The position numbers and the translations under genes are program-made. Positions 45,839 through 55,431 of a stretch of 64,000 nucleotides of DNA are shown piece by piece. The notes under the pieces are model-generated. The model was not told where the DNA came from and searched no databases. It saw nothing but the letters and a program-made list of their open reading frames with translations. The DNA comes from a virus. Lineage: Duplodnaviria > Caudoviricetes. Location: IMG/VR virus record IMGVR_UViG_3300037857_000053, positions 7,775 through 71,774 of that record, one strand, 5' to 3'. The stretch's first letter is position 1. Every line of letters starts with the position of its first letter.

Positions 45839-46195
45839 TTAGACTGATTCTTCAGCCTTGTGATCAGGCTTTTTCAGAAAGCCTTTCAGCTCGGCAAGTT
45901 GAGTTTTCATCTGCTCAACCCGCCGCTCTGCCTCTTTGACTTCGGACGCGATGCCCTCCTCCAGGACAGGGATCAGCTCGACCAGGTCGGCTTCGATCCA
46001 ATCCGTCAATTGTTTGTATTTATTGAGGTTAAGCCGCCGCTCACCGGCCACGACCTTTTGAAGCCATTGATTGTCGCCAAGGGCCTTCTTGCACAAGATC
46101 CCTTGGGTTTTACCCCGCAATGAGCACCATAGTTCCGCATAACGCTGGAGGTTCTGGATCAGCAGGGCGTCTGCATTTCGGATAATTTCATTCAT
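45839..46195 (-). CDS. Cro-like regulator
   Basis: Divergent from cI; KKALGDNQWLQKVVAGERRLNL resembles an HTH region. Confidence 0.6.
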   Translation of the reverse strand: MNEIIRNADALLIQNLQRYAELWCSLRGKTQGILCKKALGDNQWLQKVVAGERRLNLNKYKQLTDWIEADLVELIPVLEEGIASEVKEAERRVEQMKTQLAELKGFLKKPDHKAEESV

Positions 46196-46307
46196 GGCAA
46201 ATCGGAAAATAGATGCTGATTTATCCGTGTGTAAAGTCCCAAAATGCGGAAACATCCGATTATTTGTGTGATATGTTTCGGCTTCGCAATCACTGGCGAG
46301 GACAGAA

Positions 46308-47024
46308 ATGCAACAAGAAGAAGAAGTTCGGGAGCGGCTGGCCAAACGGCTGGCGGAAACCGGCACAAAGAAAATAGAAGCTTCGGCCCGCGCCGGTTTG
46401 GATCGCAACTATGTTGCCGATTTTTTGGCAGGCCGTAAAAAATCAATAAACGCAACAGCGCTCTACCGCATTGCAAATGCCCTGCAATGCGACATGGAGT
46501 ATTTCTTCAGAACCACAAAGATCGAGACGCCACCCAGGACCGATGAAAAAATTCCGCTGCTTTATGCGGCGGCTCCTGGAATGTGGCTGGAATCGCTCGA
46601 CACGATGTCCAAAAGCCTCAAGGCGGATGAGGTCAATCACAACATCCTTTATGACCCAGCGTATGAAGGACGTCAGCAGTTTGCCGCCCGTATCGAAGAC
46701 GAAAGCCTGGACCTGTTGTTTCCACCAGGATCCTTCGCGCATTGTATCGAACGGGTATCCTCCGATCCTGATCCAGCTGATGGTGAGGTCTTCCTGATCA
46801 AGCGAATCAAGGGCCCGCTGATGGAGCTTTCAATCAAGGCTTATCGGAAAACAGGTGGCGAGATCTATCTTGCAACCCTCTCGTCAAACCCGTCTTTCGG
46901 CCGGATGTATGTCGAAACCAAAAAGACCGATGCGGAAATGGTAGGCGAATTTGAGATCGTTGCGCAGGTCATCGGCTATTATCACGCCCTCCAACGTAAG
47001 GCCCAAACACTCGATTTGGGCTGA
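46308..47024 (+). CDS. cI: CI-like repressor (HTH + S24 peptidase-like domain)
   Basis: ASARAGLDRNYVADFLAG HTH; FAARIEDESLD..FP.G and IKAY. Confidence 0.88.
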   Translation: MQQEEEVRERLAKRLAETGTKKIEASARAGLDRNYVADFLAGRKKSINATALYRIANALQCDMEYFFRTTKIETPPRTDEKIPLLYAAAPGMWLESLDTMSKSLKADEVNHNILYDPAYEGRQQFAARIEDESLDLLFPPGSFAHCIERVSSDPDPADGEVFLIKRIKGPLMELSIKAYRKTGGEIYLATLSSNPSFGRMYVETKKTDAEMVGEFEIVAQVIGYYHALQRKAQTLDLG

Positions 47025-47101
47025 TCTCGCGCGCGCGGATACTCCTATAACAGAGTCTGTTTTTAAATAGATCTTTCTTTAGGAGTGTGTCTTTCGTCCC
47101 T

Positions 47102-47373
47102 GGGGGATGGTGAGACCCTGAGCAAGGACATAGGACGAGATAGTCCCGCTAAAAAGCCGGACTATTCCCATGCCCTTGGCGATTCTGGAGGCCGGAGCCG
47201 ACCCGTCGCTTTGGACCCTCATGGTGCCGCATCCGCCCATGAAGTTGCGAGCTACTTAACGCCAGTGGAGCCTGGCGGTAATCACCCCTTCTCGCTTTCG
47301 GACTGGGGCTTGCCTTTGATTACGTCCCGTGGTAGGCAATTTCCGACTCAGGGGCCACGGTCTTGCATCCCTT
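47102..47373 (+). ncRNA. Candidate large structured RNA
   Basis: Long-range pairing of 47104-47122 with 47347-47371 and several internal hairpins; followed by a terminator. Confidence 0.5.
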
Positions 47374-47381
47374 CCTCTGAG

Positions 47382-47420
47382 AGGCCCGCTTACCTTGTCC
47401 AGGTTTGCGGGCCTTTTTTA
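47382..47420 (+). terminator. Intrinsic terminator
   Basis: AGGCCCGC...GCGGGCCT followed by a T-run. Confidence 0.8.
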
Positions 47421-47532
47421 TTGCCATTGAAAACTGATATGTCAACCTATCAGATTTGTATTTCCGATTTTTTGATTTACAACAGTTCCGTTCTTGGTTA
47501 GAGTTTGATTAATCCAAGCCACGGAGACAGCA

Positions 47533-48570
47533 ATGAAACAAACCCCCATCAAATTTGCAGATGGTGTGTATTTCGGCCTAGATGAGGACAAATACCACGC
47601 TGATCCTGCCCTCGGATCGTCCAACATCCGAGACCTTTTGATTGACCCCAGTGTCTACTGGTGGAAATCAAACATGAACCCGCTGGAGGAGGAAGAATCG
47701 GAACCTTCAGCAGCTTTGATCAAAGGTAGTGCGTTTCACAAGCTTGTTCTTGAGGGCGAAAAGGCCTTCGATGCGGAATATGTCCGCGGGATCAATCTGA
47801 AGGAACACCCCGGCGCGCTCAACACCAATGACGACCTCAAAAAATGGCTCAAGGATAAGAAGCGAGAGGTCTCTGGTAAGAAGGCGGACTTGATCCAGCG
47901 GGTTCATTCCATCAACCCTAAAGTCCAGATCATCGACGTGATGCAAAAGGCTCTGGAGGAAACTGGCAAAACCATCCTGCCCTGGAAGTCTTACGATGAA
48001 GTCGTTGTCTCCTCGGCCATGATCACCAAAAACCCCAATCTGTCGAAATCCTTTGTTGGTGGGCAGCCGGAAGTTTCTGTTTTCTGGACGGAAGGCGGTG
48101 TTCGGTACAAATGCCGGTTTGACTATCTCAAGGTTCGCGCTGTTGGCGACCTGAAGTCTTTCACGAACATCATGGACAAGCCAATCCAGGTCGCCGTCAA
48201 TCAGGCGATCTGGGGCAAGCGATACGACATTCAGGCCTCCCATTATCTGAACGGCCGGGCGCGCTTGCCGGAGTTGGTAGCCGATGGCGCAGTGTTTGGG
48301 GACCATGATCCGGACTGGATCAAGAAAGTCGCCGCTGCAAAGGCTTACACCTTTGTGTGGGTCTTTTATCAGTCCACAGGCGCTCCATTGACGCACTCGG
48401 TTCAATTCGACCGGGGCACCATGATGGATCAGGTCGCTCAAGCTGAAATCCAGCGGGCAACCAATCTCTATCGCGAGAACCTGGACAAGTTCGGCACTGA
48501 CATGTGGATCCGGCAGGAAGACATCCACGTCATGACCGACAGCGACGTTCCGGCCTGGGTCGGCATCTGA
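47533..48570 (+). CDS. RecE/ExoVIII-like PD-(D/E)XK exonuclease
   Basis: YHADPALGSS, GSAFHKLVLE, KCRFDYL, GDLKS and YDIQASHY motifs. Confidence 0.9.
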   Translation: MKQTPIKFADGVYFGLDEDKYHADPALGSSNIRDLLIDPSVYWWKSNMNPLEEEESEPSAALIKGSAFHKLVLEGEKAFDAEYVRGINLKEHPGALNTNDDLKKWLKDKKREVSGKKADLIQRVHSINPKVQIIDVMQKALEETGKTILPWKSYDEVVVSSAMITKNPNLSKSFVGGQPEVSVFWTEGGVRYKCRFDYLKVRAVGDLKSFTNIMDKPIQVAVNQAIWGKRYDIQASHYLNGRARLPELVADGAVFGDHDPDWIKKVAAAKAYTFVWVFYQSTGAPLTHSVQFDRGTMMDQVAQAEIQRATNLYRENLDKFGTDMWIRQEDIHVMTDSDVPAWVGI

Positions 48571-48580
48571 GGAAAGTTCC

Positions 48581-49537
48581 ATGAACAAGGCACTTATCGA
48601 CGTGTCCGGCGCTGTGCCGGCAATCAAACGCATGAACCCGGCCGAGCTGGCCATCATGCCCAAATCCATGAACGAGATCCGCGAATATGCGCAGGAAATC
48701 GCATCCTCCGGACTTGCCCCGAAATCCTATCGGACGCCCTCTCAGATCGCGATTGCGATTGCTTCCGGGCTCGAGGTCGGCCTGAAGCCGCTCCAGTCGC
48801 TCCAGTACATCGCGGTGATCAATGGTCGGCCGACGATTTGGGGGGACGGTATGGTTGGTATTGTCCAGGCATCCGGGCTTTTGGAGGAATACTCGCTCAC
48901 CTGGAACGAGGAGCGCAGTGAAGCTGTCTGCACCGTCAAACGTCGAGGTTCCAAATCCTCGCATACGGTTCGGTTCGGATTTGCTGAAGCCCGCGACGGC
49001 AACCTTATGGGGAAGCAAGGACCCTGGCAGCAATTCCCAAAGCGGATGTGCCAATGGCGGGCGCGCTCCTGGGCATTTCGGGATGTCTTTGCAGATGTGC
49101 TGATGGGCCTGACCATTGCTGATGAAATGGCCGATCACCCTGGCATGACCATGGTGGAGTCGTCCCCGGGTCACTACGAGATCAAGGAAACCCGCGAGCA
49201 GGTGTCGAACCCGTTTGACGATGACGAACCGGAAGTCGAGGACATCGAGCCGGAAGGTCAGTTTGCCGAAACCGGGCAGCTGGAAGGCGCGGAAAGCCTG
49301 GATGGATTGGATGATCTGAACGAGGTCGAGGACGATCAGAAAATCCCGGAAGATTTCGTAGCAGATCCTGTCGTGACAAGGCTTGCCGGCGAACTCCTGG
49401 AATGCAATTCGCTGGAAGTCTTCCGGGACATCATGGCTGAGTACGGCCCGCAAATTATAGAGCTGGACGAAGCCAATAAGGTTTACGCCCGGCAAGTGTC
49501 TGAGACCGCGTCGGAACGATTGAGGGATGGGCAATGA
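48581..49537 (+). CDS. recT: RecT-family single-strand annealing protein
   Basis: GLEVGLKPLQSLQYIAVINGRPTIWGDG and GPWQQFPKRM motifs. Confidence 0.9.
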   Translation: MNKALIDVSGAVPAIKRMNPAELAIMPKSMNEIREYAQEIASSGLAPKSYRTPSQIAIAIASGLEVGLKPLQSLQYIAVINGRPTIWGDGMVGIVQASGLLEEYSLTWNEERSEAVCTVKRRGSKSSHTVRFGFAEARDGNLMGKQGPWQQFPKRMCQWRARSWAFRDVFADVLMGLTIADEMADHPGMTMVESSPGHYEIKETREQVSNPFDDDEPEVEDIEPEGQFAETGQLEGAESLDGLDDLNEVEDDQKIPEDFVADPVVTRLAGELLECNSLEVFRDIMAEYGPQIIELDEANKVYARQVSETASERLRDGQ

Positions 49538-50127
49538 TCCTGGCAATCGACACCGAAACCACTGGCTTTTTTGATCAAGACGCTCCTGTGGATGCGCGGC
49601 ATCAGCCAAAGCTCGTGCGGGTGGCTGCGATCCTGTTCAATGGCGAGGGGGAAAAGCGCAAAGAACACGCGCTTATAGATGTAAAGATCAAGCCGGATGG
49701 CTGGATCATCCCGCCTGAGGCAACAAAAGTTCACGGGATCACCGATCACCAAGCCAATGCGACCGGGATTCCGCTGGTCCTGGCGGTCAAGACGATCACG
49801 AACCTCGCTAAGTGCGCTTTGAAGGTAATTGCCTACAATCTGGAATACGACATCCAGATCATGCAGGCGGCGATTGCTCAATGCGGAGGGGATCCGAAAG
49901 AATTTCCCCGCCCAAGCATGGAGCGGTTCTGCGTCATGAAACCCATGACGCCGATCTGCAAGCTCCTGCACCGGGATCCGAAACACGAGGAAGACTACCG
50001 GTGGCCAAAGCTGGGCGAGGCTCATGCTCATGTCTTCGGTGTGTCTCACCTGGCCCATGACGCCCTTTCTGATGTCCGGGCGACGATCAAACTGCACGAC
50101 TATCTGAAAGAGGAAGGTTTGGCATGA
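49534..50127 (+). CDS. DEDDh 3'-5' exonuclease
   Basis: DTETTG, AYNLEYD and HDALSDV motifs. Confidence 0.92.
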   Translation: MILAIDTETTGFFDQDAPVDARHQPKLVRVAAILFNGEGEKRKEHALIDVKIKPDGWIIPPEATKVHGITDHQANATGIPLVLAVKTITNLAKCALKVIAYNLEYDIQIMQAAIAQCGGDPKEFPRPSMERFCVMKPMTPICKLLHRDPKHEEDYRWPKLGEAHAHVFGVSHLAHDALSDVRATIKLHDYLKEEGLA

Positions 50128-50471
50128 ACACCGAACGTCAAGCGTCCATAAACGATTTGTGGAACCAGGTGGAGGAAGCAATTGTTCCCCTTGCTATGTC
50201 TGAAGACAGCCGGACAGCAGCATATGCCCGCTGCGTGGCTTCTGGCATCCCTCGCAAGATCGAAGAATGGCTCTCCAATGAGGACGGCACATCTTTTGAA
50301 GACGCCGCGTCCGCGTTGTCGATGGTGTATTGCCGGATGATACATCAGATGTGTCAAAGCGCTGAGATCGACAAGTATGGCACCGGCATCAATAGAGGCC
50401 ATGCTATCCGCATCGGGCACAATGTTTCGAACACGCTGTTTTACATGCTGGAAAAAGGGAAGGCTGAGTGA
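50124..50471 (+). CDS. Hypothetical protein
   Basis: Coupled at both ends. Confidence 0.55.
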   Translation: MNTERQASINDLWNQVEEAIVPLAMSEDSRTAAYARCVASGIPRKIEEWLSNEDGTSFEDAASALSMVYCRMIHQMCQSAEIDKYGTGINRGHAIRIGHNVSNTLFYMLEKGKAE

Positions 50472-50872
50472 TGGCCTTTCGGATCGCAGCTATGGCGCGG
50501 GTGGAGCAGAAGAAGCCTGCCCGCAAGAAACGCTCCCAGAGCCACCTCAGCTTCATCAGAAAGCTGCCGTGTGTGTCATGTGGGCGAACCCCTTCGGAAG
50601 CGGCTCATATCCGCAAGAACGATGCAGAGTCCGATCGGTTCCAGGCCATGGGTTTGAAGCCTTCCGACAAGTGGACAGCCCCGCTTTGCGCGAGCTGCCA
50701 CCGGGAGGCTCCAGGAGCTCAGCATGTCATTGGCGAGGAGGCGTTCTGGACCGGCCTTGGCATTGATGAAAACCGGCTTGCTTCCGCGTTGTGGGAGGCA
50801 TCTGGAAACACCAGCGTTGGCCTTCAGATCGTGAACGAAGCCCGCCGGCTTTTTCCCAGGAGGGACACATGA
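50468..50872 (+). CDS. DUF968/HNH-like zinc protein
   Basis: HLSFIRKLPCVSCG, AAH and APLC..CH motifs. Confidence 0.8.
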   Translation: MMAFRIAAMARVEQKKPARKKRSQSHLSFIRKLPCVSCGRTPSEAAHIRKNDAESDRFQAMGLKPSDKWTAPLCASCHREAPGAQHVIGEEAFWTGLGIDENRLASALWEASGNTSVGLQIVNEARRLFPRRDT

Positions 50873-51102
50873 ACAAGATCAACATGGTCACGCGCACGAT
50901 TGATCAGTCCCAGCAGGGTTTGGGGCAGCACCGGCAGCAGTTTGAACGGCATCTGGGCAGCCTTTTGGATCTTTATGAGAACCGGATCGCCGGGCTCACG
51001 CGGATCTGCGAACGACAGGAGGCGGAAATTGAAAGCCTCAGGAAGCAAATCGAAGAACGCGGGGCCGTATCCCCGGTTTCTGAAGGATCGGGATCTGGAT
51101 GA
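50869..51102 (+). CDS. Coiled-coil hypothetical protein
   Basis: GAGGG RBS; ATGA coupling. Confidence 0.5.
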   Translation: MNKINMVTRTIDQSQQGLGQHRQQFERHLGSLLDLYENRIAGLTRICERQEAEIESLRKQIEERGAVSPVSEGSGSG

Positions 51103-51247
51103 GTTGATTGCTTGGCGGAGCCGGCTTGTCCAGCTCTACATCCAGGCCCGAGATCGAGGAGCCTACTGGGCAGACTGCTACCGCCACGAAATTACGATGA
51201 TCGACAAGGCGCTTGAGACCCGACGATTGTAGCCACGGAGTTTTTTA

Positions 51248-51745
51248 ATGGAACACGTCCCCATCAAAAAGAACCACCCGCTTGGAACCGTTATAGACCG
51301 GGAAACGGCAGAACGGCTCAAGCTCCCCTGCATCGTCGTACCGCGGCCGCCTTTGGATCAGGAACCGGAAATCCGTCAAGATGAGAGGGAACGCCCCTCA
51401 GACCGAGATGCGGCGATCTTGAAAATGGAACAGGAGCTGAAGCGGGATCCAAAAGCCCGCACAGCCCGCCGGATCATGATCGAAGTCGCCCTGGAGCATC
51501 ATCTGACCCTGACAGAGCTGCTGGGCACAAAGAGATCCTGGGGAATCGTGGACGCCAGGTATGAGGCCTACGCCCGCTGCCATGACGAGCTCGGAATGAG
51601 CACCGTTGCCATCGGCAAACGGTTTGGCCGTGATCACTCGTCCATTGTCCACGGCATCAAGCGGCACCGATCGAAAACGCCGCGAACAGTCACAACGGAA
51701 AATCTCAACATGAGAAACAAAGCAAGAAGGGATGCGAAGTCATGA
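51248..51745 (+). CDS. Protein with DnaA C-terminal-like HTH domain
   Basis: LLGTKR...V.AR......LGMST..IG..FGRDHSSIVHG. Confidence 0.8.
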   Translation: MEHVPIKKNHPLGTVIDRETAERLKLPCIVVPRPPLDQEPEIRQDERERPSDRDAAILKMEQELKRDPKARTARRIMIEVALEHHLTLTELLGTKRSWGIVDARYEAYARCHDELGMSTVAIGKRFGRDHSSIVHGIKRHRSKTPRTVTTENLNMRNKARRDAKS

Positions 51746-52215
51746 ATTATTCAACAGCCATTTTCCTGATCAACGACAGCACTCGGTTGATGAAGTGCGA
51801 GTACGATCCGGATAAGCCGCACAACACCCAGTATTTCAAGACGCTCGATCAGACCATCGAGGAGGGTGATTTCGTGATCGTCCAATCCTCGACCCGGCAC
51901 GAAATGACCGTGGTGAAGGTGGTTGGCGAGGACGAAGATGTGGACTTCGACTCCAACACCAGAATTGATTGGATCATCGGCCGTATCGATCTCCAGGACT
52001 TCAAGGATCTGAAACGGCAGGAGCAAGAAGCAATCGACGCCATCAAGAAGGCGGAGAAGCGCCGGAAACGCGACGAGCTGCGCGCTGCCCTGTTCAAGGA
52101 TCATGAGGAGTCCATCAAGGAGCTGGACCTGGCAAAGGCTGGCAGCACCCTGCCCGCGCCGGACGCACCCCCTCCTCCGCCCCCTCCGCAGCCAGATTAC
52201 GGGGATGATTTCTAA
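51742..52215 (+). CDS. Hypothetical protein
   Basis: 157 aa; ATGA coupling. Confidence 0.7.
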   Translation: MNYSTAIFLINDSTRLMKCEYDPDKPHNTQYFKTLDQTIEEGDFVIVQSSTRHEMTVVKVVGEDEDVDFDSNTRIDWIIGRIDLQDFKDLKRQEQEAIDAIKKAEKRRKRDELRAALFKDHEESIKELDLAKAGSTLPAPDAPPPPPPPQPDYGDDF

Positions 52216-52400
52216 GGGCGACTAAGAACACCCAGTTTGGCTGTGACCTCGTGTCTGACCCCAGAGGAGCGGCCTAGTCTGAGTCCATGCGGACTCAGAG
52301 GTTTCGCAAATCTAACGCTTTGCGAAAACTGCTAACGGAGATCCGGCGTGGGGTTGCGACGACGAAGCTGGATCTCCCGTTATGCAGAAAAGGATACGAA

Positions 52401-52664
52401 ATGGCCCGAGACGAGATTTACGACGCTCTCAAGGCTTACAGCAAAGAGAAGTTCGACAGTGACCGGAAGCGGTTCTTGGCTGAAGCTAATGCGCGAGACG
52501 ATGGAGGCTGGACGAAACACAGCAAATTCCATTGGTCGCGCGAAGTGAACGGCCGCCGTCTCGATTACTGGCCATCCAGGAAGAAATACCAGTACCGCGG
52601 AAAGGTCCGGCGAGGAGACGTTTATAAGCTCATCCGCCGATACCAACCTGACGGTGTTGTCTGA
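52401..52664 (+). CDS. Hypothetical protein
   Basis: AAAGGA RBS; LDYWPSRKK. Confidence 0.65.
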   Translation: MARDEIYDALKAYSKEKFDSDRKRFLAEANARDDGGWTKHSKFHWSREVNGRRLDYWPSRKKYQYRGKVRRGDVYKLIRRYQPDGVV

Positions 52665-52990
52665 TGGCAAGCTGTCCGAAATGCGGAAAGACCCGATTGC
52701 GCAAGGACCGTCAGAAACGACGGTATTGCCCGCACTGCGGTCTTCTGCCGGGCGCAGTCAATATGAACCGATCCGGGGACATCCCGGAACCAATCCATTT
52801 CCCAGGCCACGAGGGAACCGATGACCAAAGACACGAAAGAGCCGGCGGATCCATACGCTTCAGCGATCCGCGAATTGAATGTCGCCGCTTACAACGCCGT
52901 AAGCGCCTGCCGGGACACGACCCGATATCCGATGGTGAACCGGGCGGCTCTGCGCCAGCTCTGCACGATCACGGACAAGCTCTGGGATGA
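52664..52990 (+). CDS. Zinc-ribbon hypothetical protein
   Basis: CPKCG...CPHCG; 3' part overlaps the next ORF. Confidence 0.45.
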   Translation: MASCPKCGKTRLRKDRQKRRYCPHCGLLPGAVNMNRSGDIPEPIHFPGHEGTDDQRHERAGGSIRFSDPRIECRRLQRRKRLPGHDPISDGEPGGSAPALHDHGQALG

Positions 52991-53042
52991 GCACCGTGAC
53001 GGTGAGTGCAAGCTGCATATCGAGTTCGGAGAAAACGCATGA
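52821..53042 (+). CDS. Hypothetical protein
   Basis: GAGGG RBS. Confidence 0.55.
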   Translation: MTKDTKEPADPYASAIRELNVAAYNAVSACRDTTRYPMVNRAALRQLCTITDKLWDEHRDGECKLHIEFGENA

Positions 53043-53326
53043 CAGACGCCAAACCAAGGGTTGTCATCTACTCTGATTTTGACGGCAACACCTGTGTCTT
53101 TGCGGATCCTGGAGTGGATGTCTTTTGGGTCGATGAAGTGACCCCGGAAGATCGCACTTACCAGATGTCGCCAGGTCCTATCCCGGAAAGCCTGGTCGAT
53201 GAAACCGTTGGCCACAAAGACGACGGATCGCCTGCTTCTCGCAAAGCTCGGACGATTGAGCGGAGGATCGAAGGCAAACCGATGTTTGACGTTGTCGGTC
53301 AGCAAACTCCCGAGGATCAGCCGTGA
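53039..53326 (+). CDS. Hypothetical protein
   Basis: ATGA coupling. Confidence 0.6.
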   Translation: MTDAKPRVVIYSDFDGNTCVFADPGVDVFWVDEVTPEDRTYQMSPGPIPESLVDETVGHKDDGSPASRKARTIERRIEGKPMFDVVGQQTPEDQP

Positions 53327-53523
53327 GAATCCCGAACATCAGCGTGTTCCTGGATGGTCGCTGGAAGACAACGGCCCTCTTGCCAAGCACAGCCCGGAAT
53401 CTCGTCCGGCGCTATGGGAGCACGTTGGATGCGGCCGAGGCAATGAATGTGCCCGAATGGTTCATCTACAACGCCCTGCCCAAGGAAACGGGCGCAGCAA
53501 TGAAAGGACACTCCGATGAGTGA
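53323..53523 (+). CDS. Small HTH-like protein
   Basis: STLDAAEAMNVPEWFIY. Confidence 0.55.
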   Translation: MRIPNISVFLDGRWKTTALLPSTARNLVRRYGSTLDAAEAMNVPEWFIYNALPKETGAAMKGHSDE

Positions 53524-53818
53524 AGCAGCAATGAAGCAGGAGCCTGACAACCAAGAGGGCTATGCAGCGGAAATGGTCCAGAAGCTGGCTGAAAACATCA
53601 AGTCTGAAATCCCATTCCCGAAGACCACTCCGCAACCCGTGGATTCCGTGCTTGTGGATTTTCTGCGGGCCCAGGTCACTGACTTCGACAGCTCCATTGC
53701 TCAGTTGGACGAGTCCATTTCCGTGATGCAGCAGCGCCGGGCGGAGTACCACCGGGCCAGATCCCGGTGCATGGCTGCTTTGGATTTGAGTGTCGATACC
53801 AAAGTCATCGAAGCCTGA
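53516..53818 (+). CDS. Hypothetical coiled-coil protein
   Basis: AAAGGA RBS. Confidence 0.6.
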   Translation: MSEAAMKQEPDNQEGYAAEMVQKLAENIKSEIPFPKTTPQPVDSVLVDFLRAQVTDFDSSIAQLDESISVMQQRRAEYHRARSRCMAALDLSVDTKVIEA

Positions 53819-54134
53819 TCACAAGGCCGGGTTTTTAAAAATGCAGATCCATTTTCTGAACCCGGTCAACTCCAACAATTCTAAAGGCTTTTAACGAAGC
53901 TCGCTGGATACAGGAAACCAATTACGGAAGGCCCTGATGCGCTCAAAACGTTCACAGATTTGGCTTGCGCGTTCATGGCGGCAATGGAAGTCGCGCAAGG
54001 TCCGCGTTGGAGAAGCTTACCTTTGCGTCCCGAAGAGTTCGGGGCTGTTGAAGCGTGGAAAATTCACCGACTACCAGGGCAACGTTTGGCCGAACAGCGG
54101 CGCCCTTCCCTCTAGATACGAGTAGGTCCCAGGC

Positions 54135-54356
54135 ATGAAACACGATAAGTTTTGGATGGTATGGAACCCGCAAGGACGCACTCCGACACGCAGGCATTGG
54201 TCGCGAGAAGAAGCGGACCGCGAAGCAACCCGGCTCGCCAAACAGAACCCGAGGCAAAACTTCTTCGTTCTGAAAACTGTTGGCGGGTTTGCCACGGAAG
54301 AAACACCGGTCATTCCGATCAAAATGACCAAGTCTGAAGACAACATCCCATTTTGA
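54135..54356 (+). CDS. Hypothetical protein
   Basis: FWMVWNP...PT..H....A..EA.RLA...P...FFVL. Confidence 0.7.
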   Translation: MKHDKFWMVWNPQGRTPTRRHWSREEADREATRLAKQNPRQNFFVLKTVGGFATEETPVIPIKMTKSEDNIPF

Positions 54357-54375
54357 GAACAAGGGCCCCAAGGCT

Positions 54376-54891
54376 ATGAACGACTTGCCAGAACTCGCTT
54401 TATCCGTTCGCCAGCCGTGGGCATGGGCGATCATCTACGGCGGCAAAGACATCGAGAACCGCAGTTGGCAAGCCGTCAATCATGGCCTGAAGCGGCGCGG
54501 CCGCATTGCCATCCATGCAGCCAAGGGCATGACCCGCGACGAATATGAAGACGCTGCTGATTGGATCAAGCGCTGCGGTGCAATCTGCCCGGAGCCTGCT
54601 GATCTTTTCCGAGGGGGCATCATCGGTTCTGTCGAAGTCATAGACGTTGTCTCTGAGAGCAACAGCCTATGGTTCTTCGGCCCGCGCGGACTCGTGCTGC
54701 AGGATCCACATCCCTGCGACTTCGTTCCGGCTGTCGGTCAGCTTGGCTATTTCAAATGGGAAACGGCGGACCTGTCGATTTGCCCGGAACCAGCGCGTTG
54801 GATGCTGCCAAGGGAACCAGGCGCAAAAGTGGAACGGAAGGTTGAAAAATCACCTTCGCAACCTGCACCGCTCCCCCTCTTTCAATCGTAA
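54376..54891 (+). CDS. ASCH-domain protein
   Basis: ALSVRQPWAW...GKDIENRSW, RIAIHA and GQLG motifs. Confidence 0.9.
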   Translation: MNDLPELALSVRQPWAWAIIYGGKDIENRSWQAVNHGLKRRGRIAIHAAKGMTRDEYEDAADWIKRCGAICPEPADLFRGGIIGSVEVIDVVSESNSLWFFGPRGLVLQDPHPCDFVPAVGQLGYFKWETADLSICPEPARWMLPREPGAKVERKVEKSPSQPAPLPLFQS

Positions 54892-54907
54892 TCAGAAAGG
54901 CCCGGAT

Positions 54908-55141
54908 ATGACCCTTGCGAACCCAGATCTACCGGCGCACCACCCGCAAAATGTACCCCTCTCTGAGTGGTCTGACGGATGGCTGAAGCTGAGTGTTGCC
55001 AGTCACGCGGGAGCGTCTTTCATCATGCTTCGGGATGATGAGAAGCAGGTTCAAAAGCTCCCGGTGTCTCGTGACGAAATGATCGACTTTCTTGTCAGCA
55101 AAGGCGATATCCCCGCCGCTGGCGTAACCTGTGACTCTTGA
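54908..55141 (+). CDS. Hypothetical protein
   Basis: After GAAAGGCCCGGAT leader. Confidence 0.5.
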   Translation: MTLANPDLPAHHPQNVPLSEWSDGWLKLSVASHAGASFIMLRDDEKQVQKLPVSRDEMIDFLVSKGDIPAAGVTCDS

Positions 55142-55418
55142 GGCCCCCAAGGTGATGACCAAATGCACGTTTAACGAAGCCTGGGTTGGCGAATGCGGCG
55201 AAGAGGATTGCCATAAGCACAGTAATCTTAAATGCGACTGCTGTGGCGCTCCGGCAACCAGATCTTGCCCAGAAACATTTGGCTTCGTTTGTGGTGCTTC
55301 GCTTTGCGACAACTGCGAGCATGAACTGACTGCGGAGGGCGTCAATTATTCAGGCTGCCGACACGTCAAAAAGGGCGAGCAAAAATACACGCCTTGGCAC
55401 GCCCGCGAAACAACATAA
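55131..55418 (+). CDS. Cys-rich hypothetical protein
   Basis: Multiple CxxC-like pairs. Confidence 0.55.
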   Translation: MTLEAPKVMTKCTFNEAWVGECGEEDCHKHSNLKCDCCGAPATRSCPETFGFVCGASLCDNCEHELTAEGVNYSGCRHVKKGEQKYTPWHARETT

Positions 55419-55431
55419 GGAAGGCCCGAGC

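Noticed and set aside
47085-47501. 138-aa ORF downstream of cI
   Set aside because: GTG start, protein with no recognisable features, and it reads through a strong terminator; a structured RNA explains the region better, though this is not proven.
53819-54134. Possible frameshifted gene in the intergenic gap
   Set aside because: One frame looks protein-like but lacks a good start and RBS, and no motif supports it.
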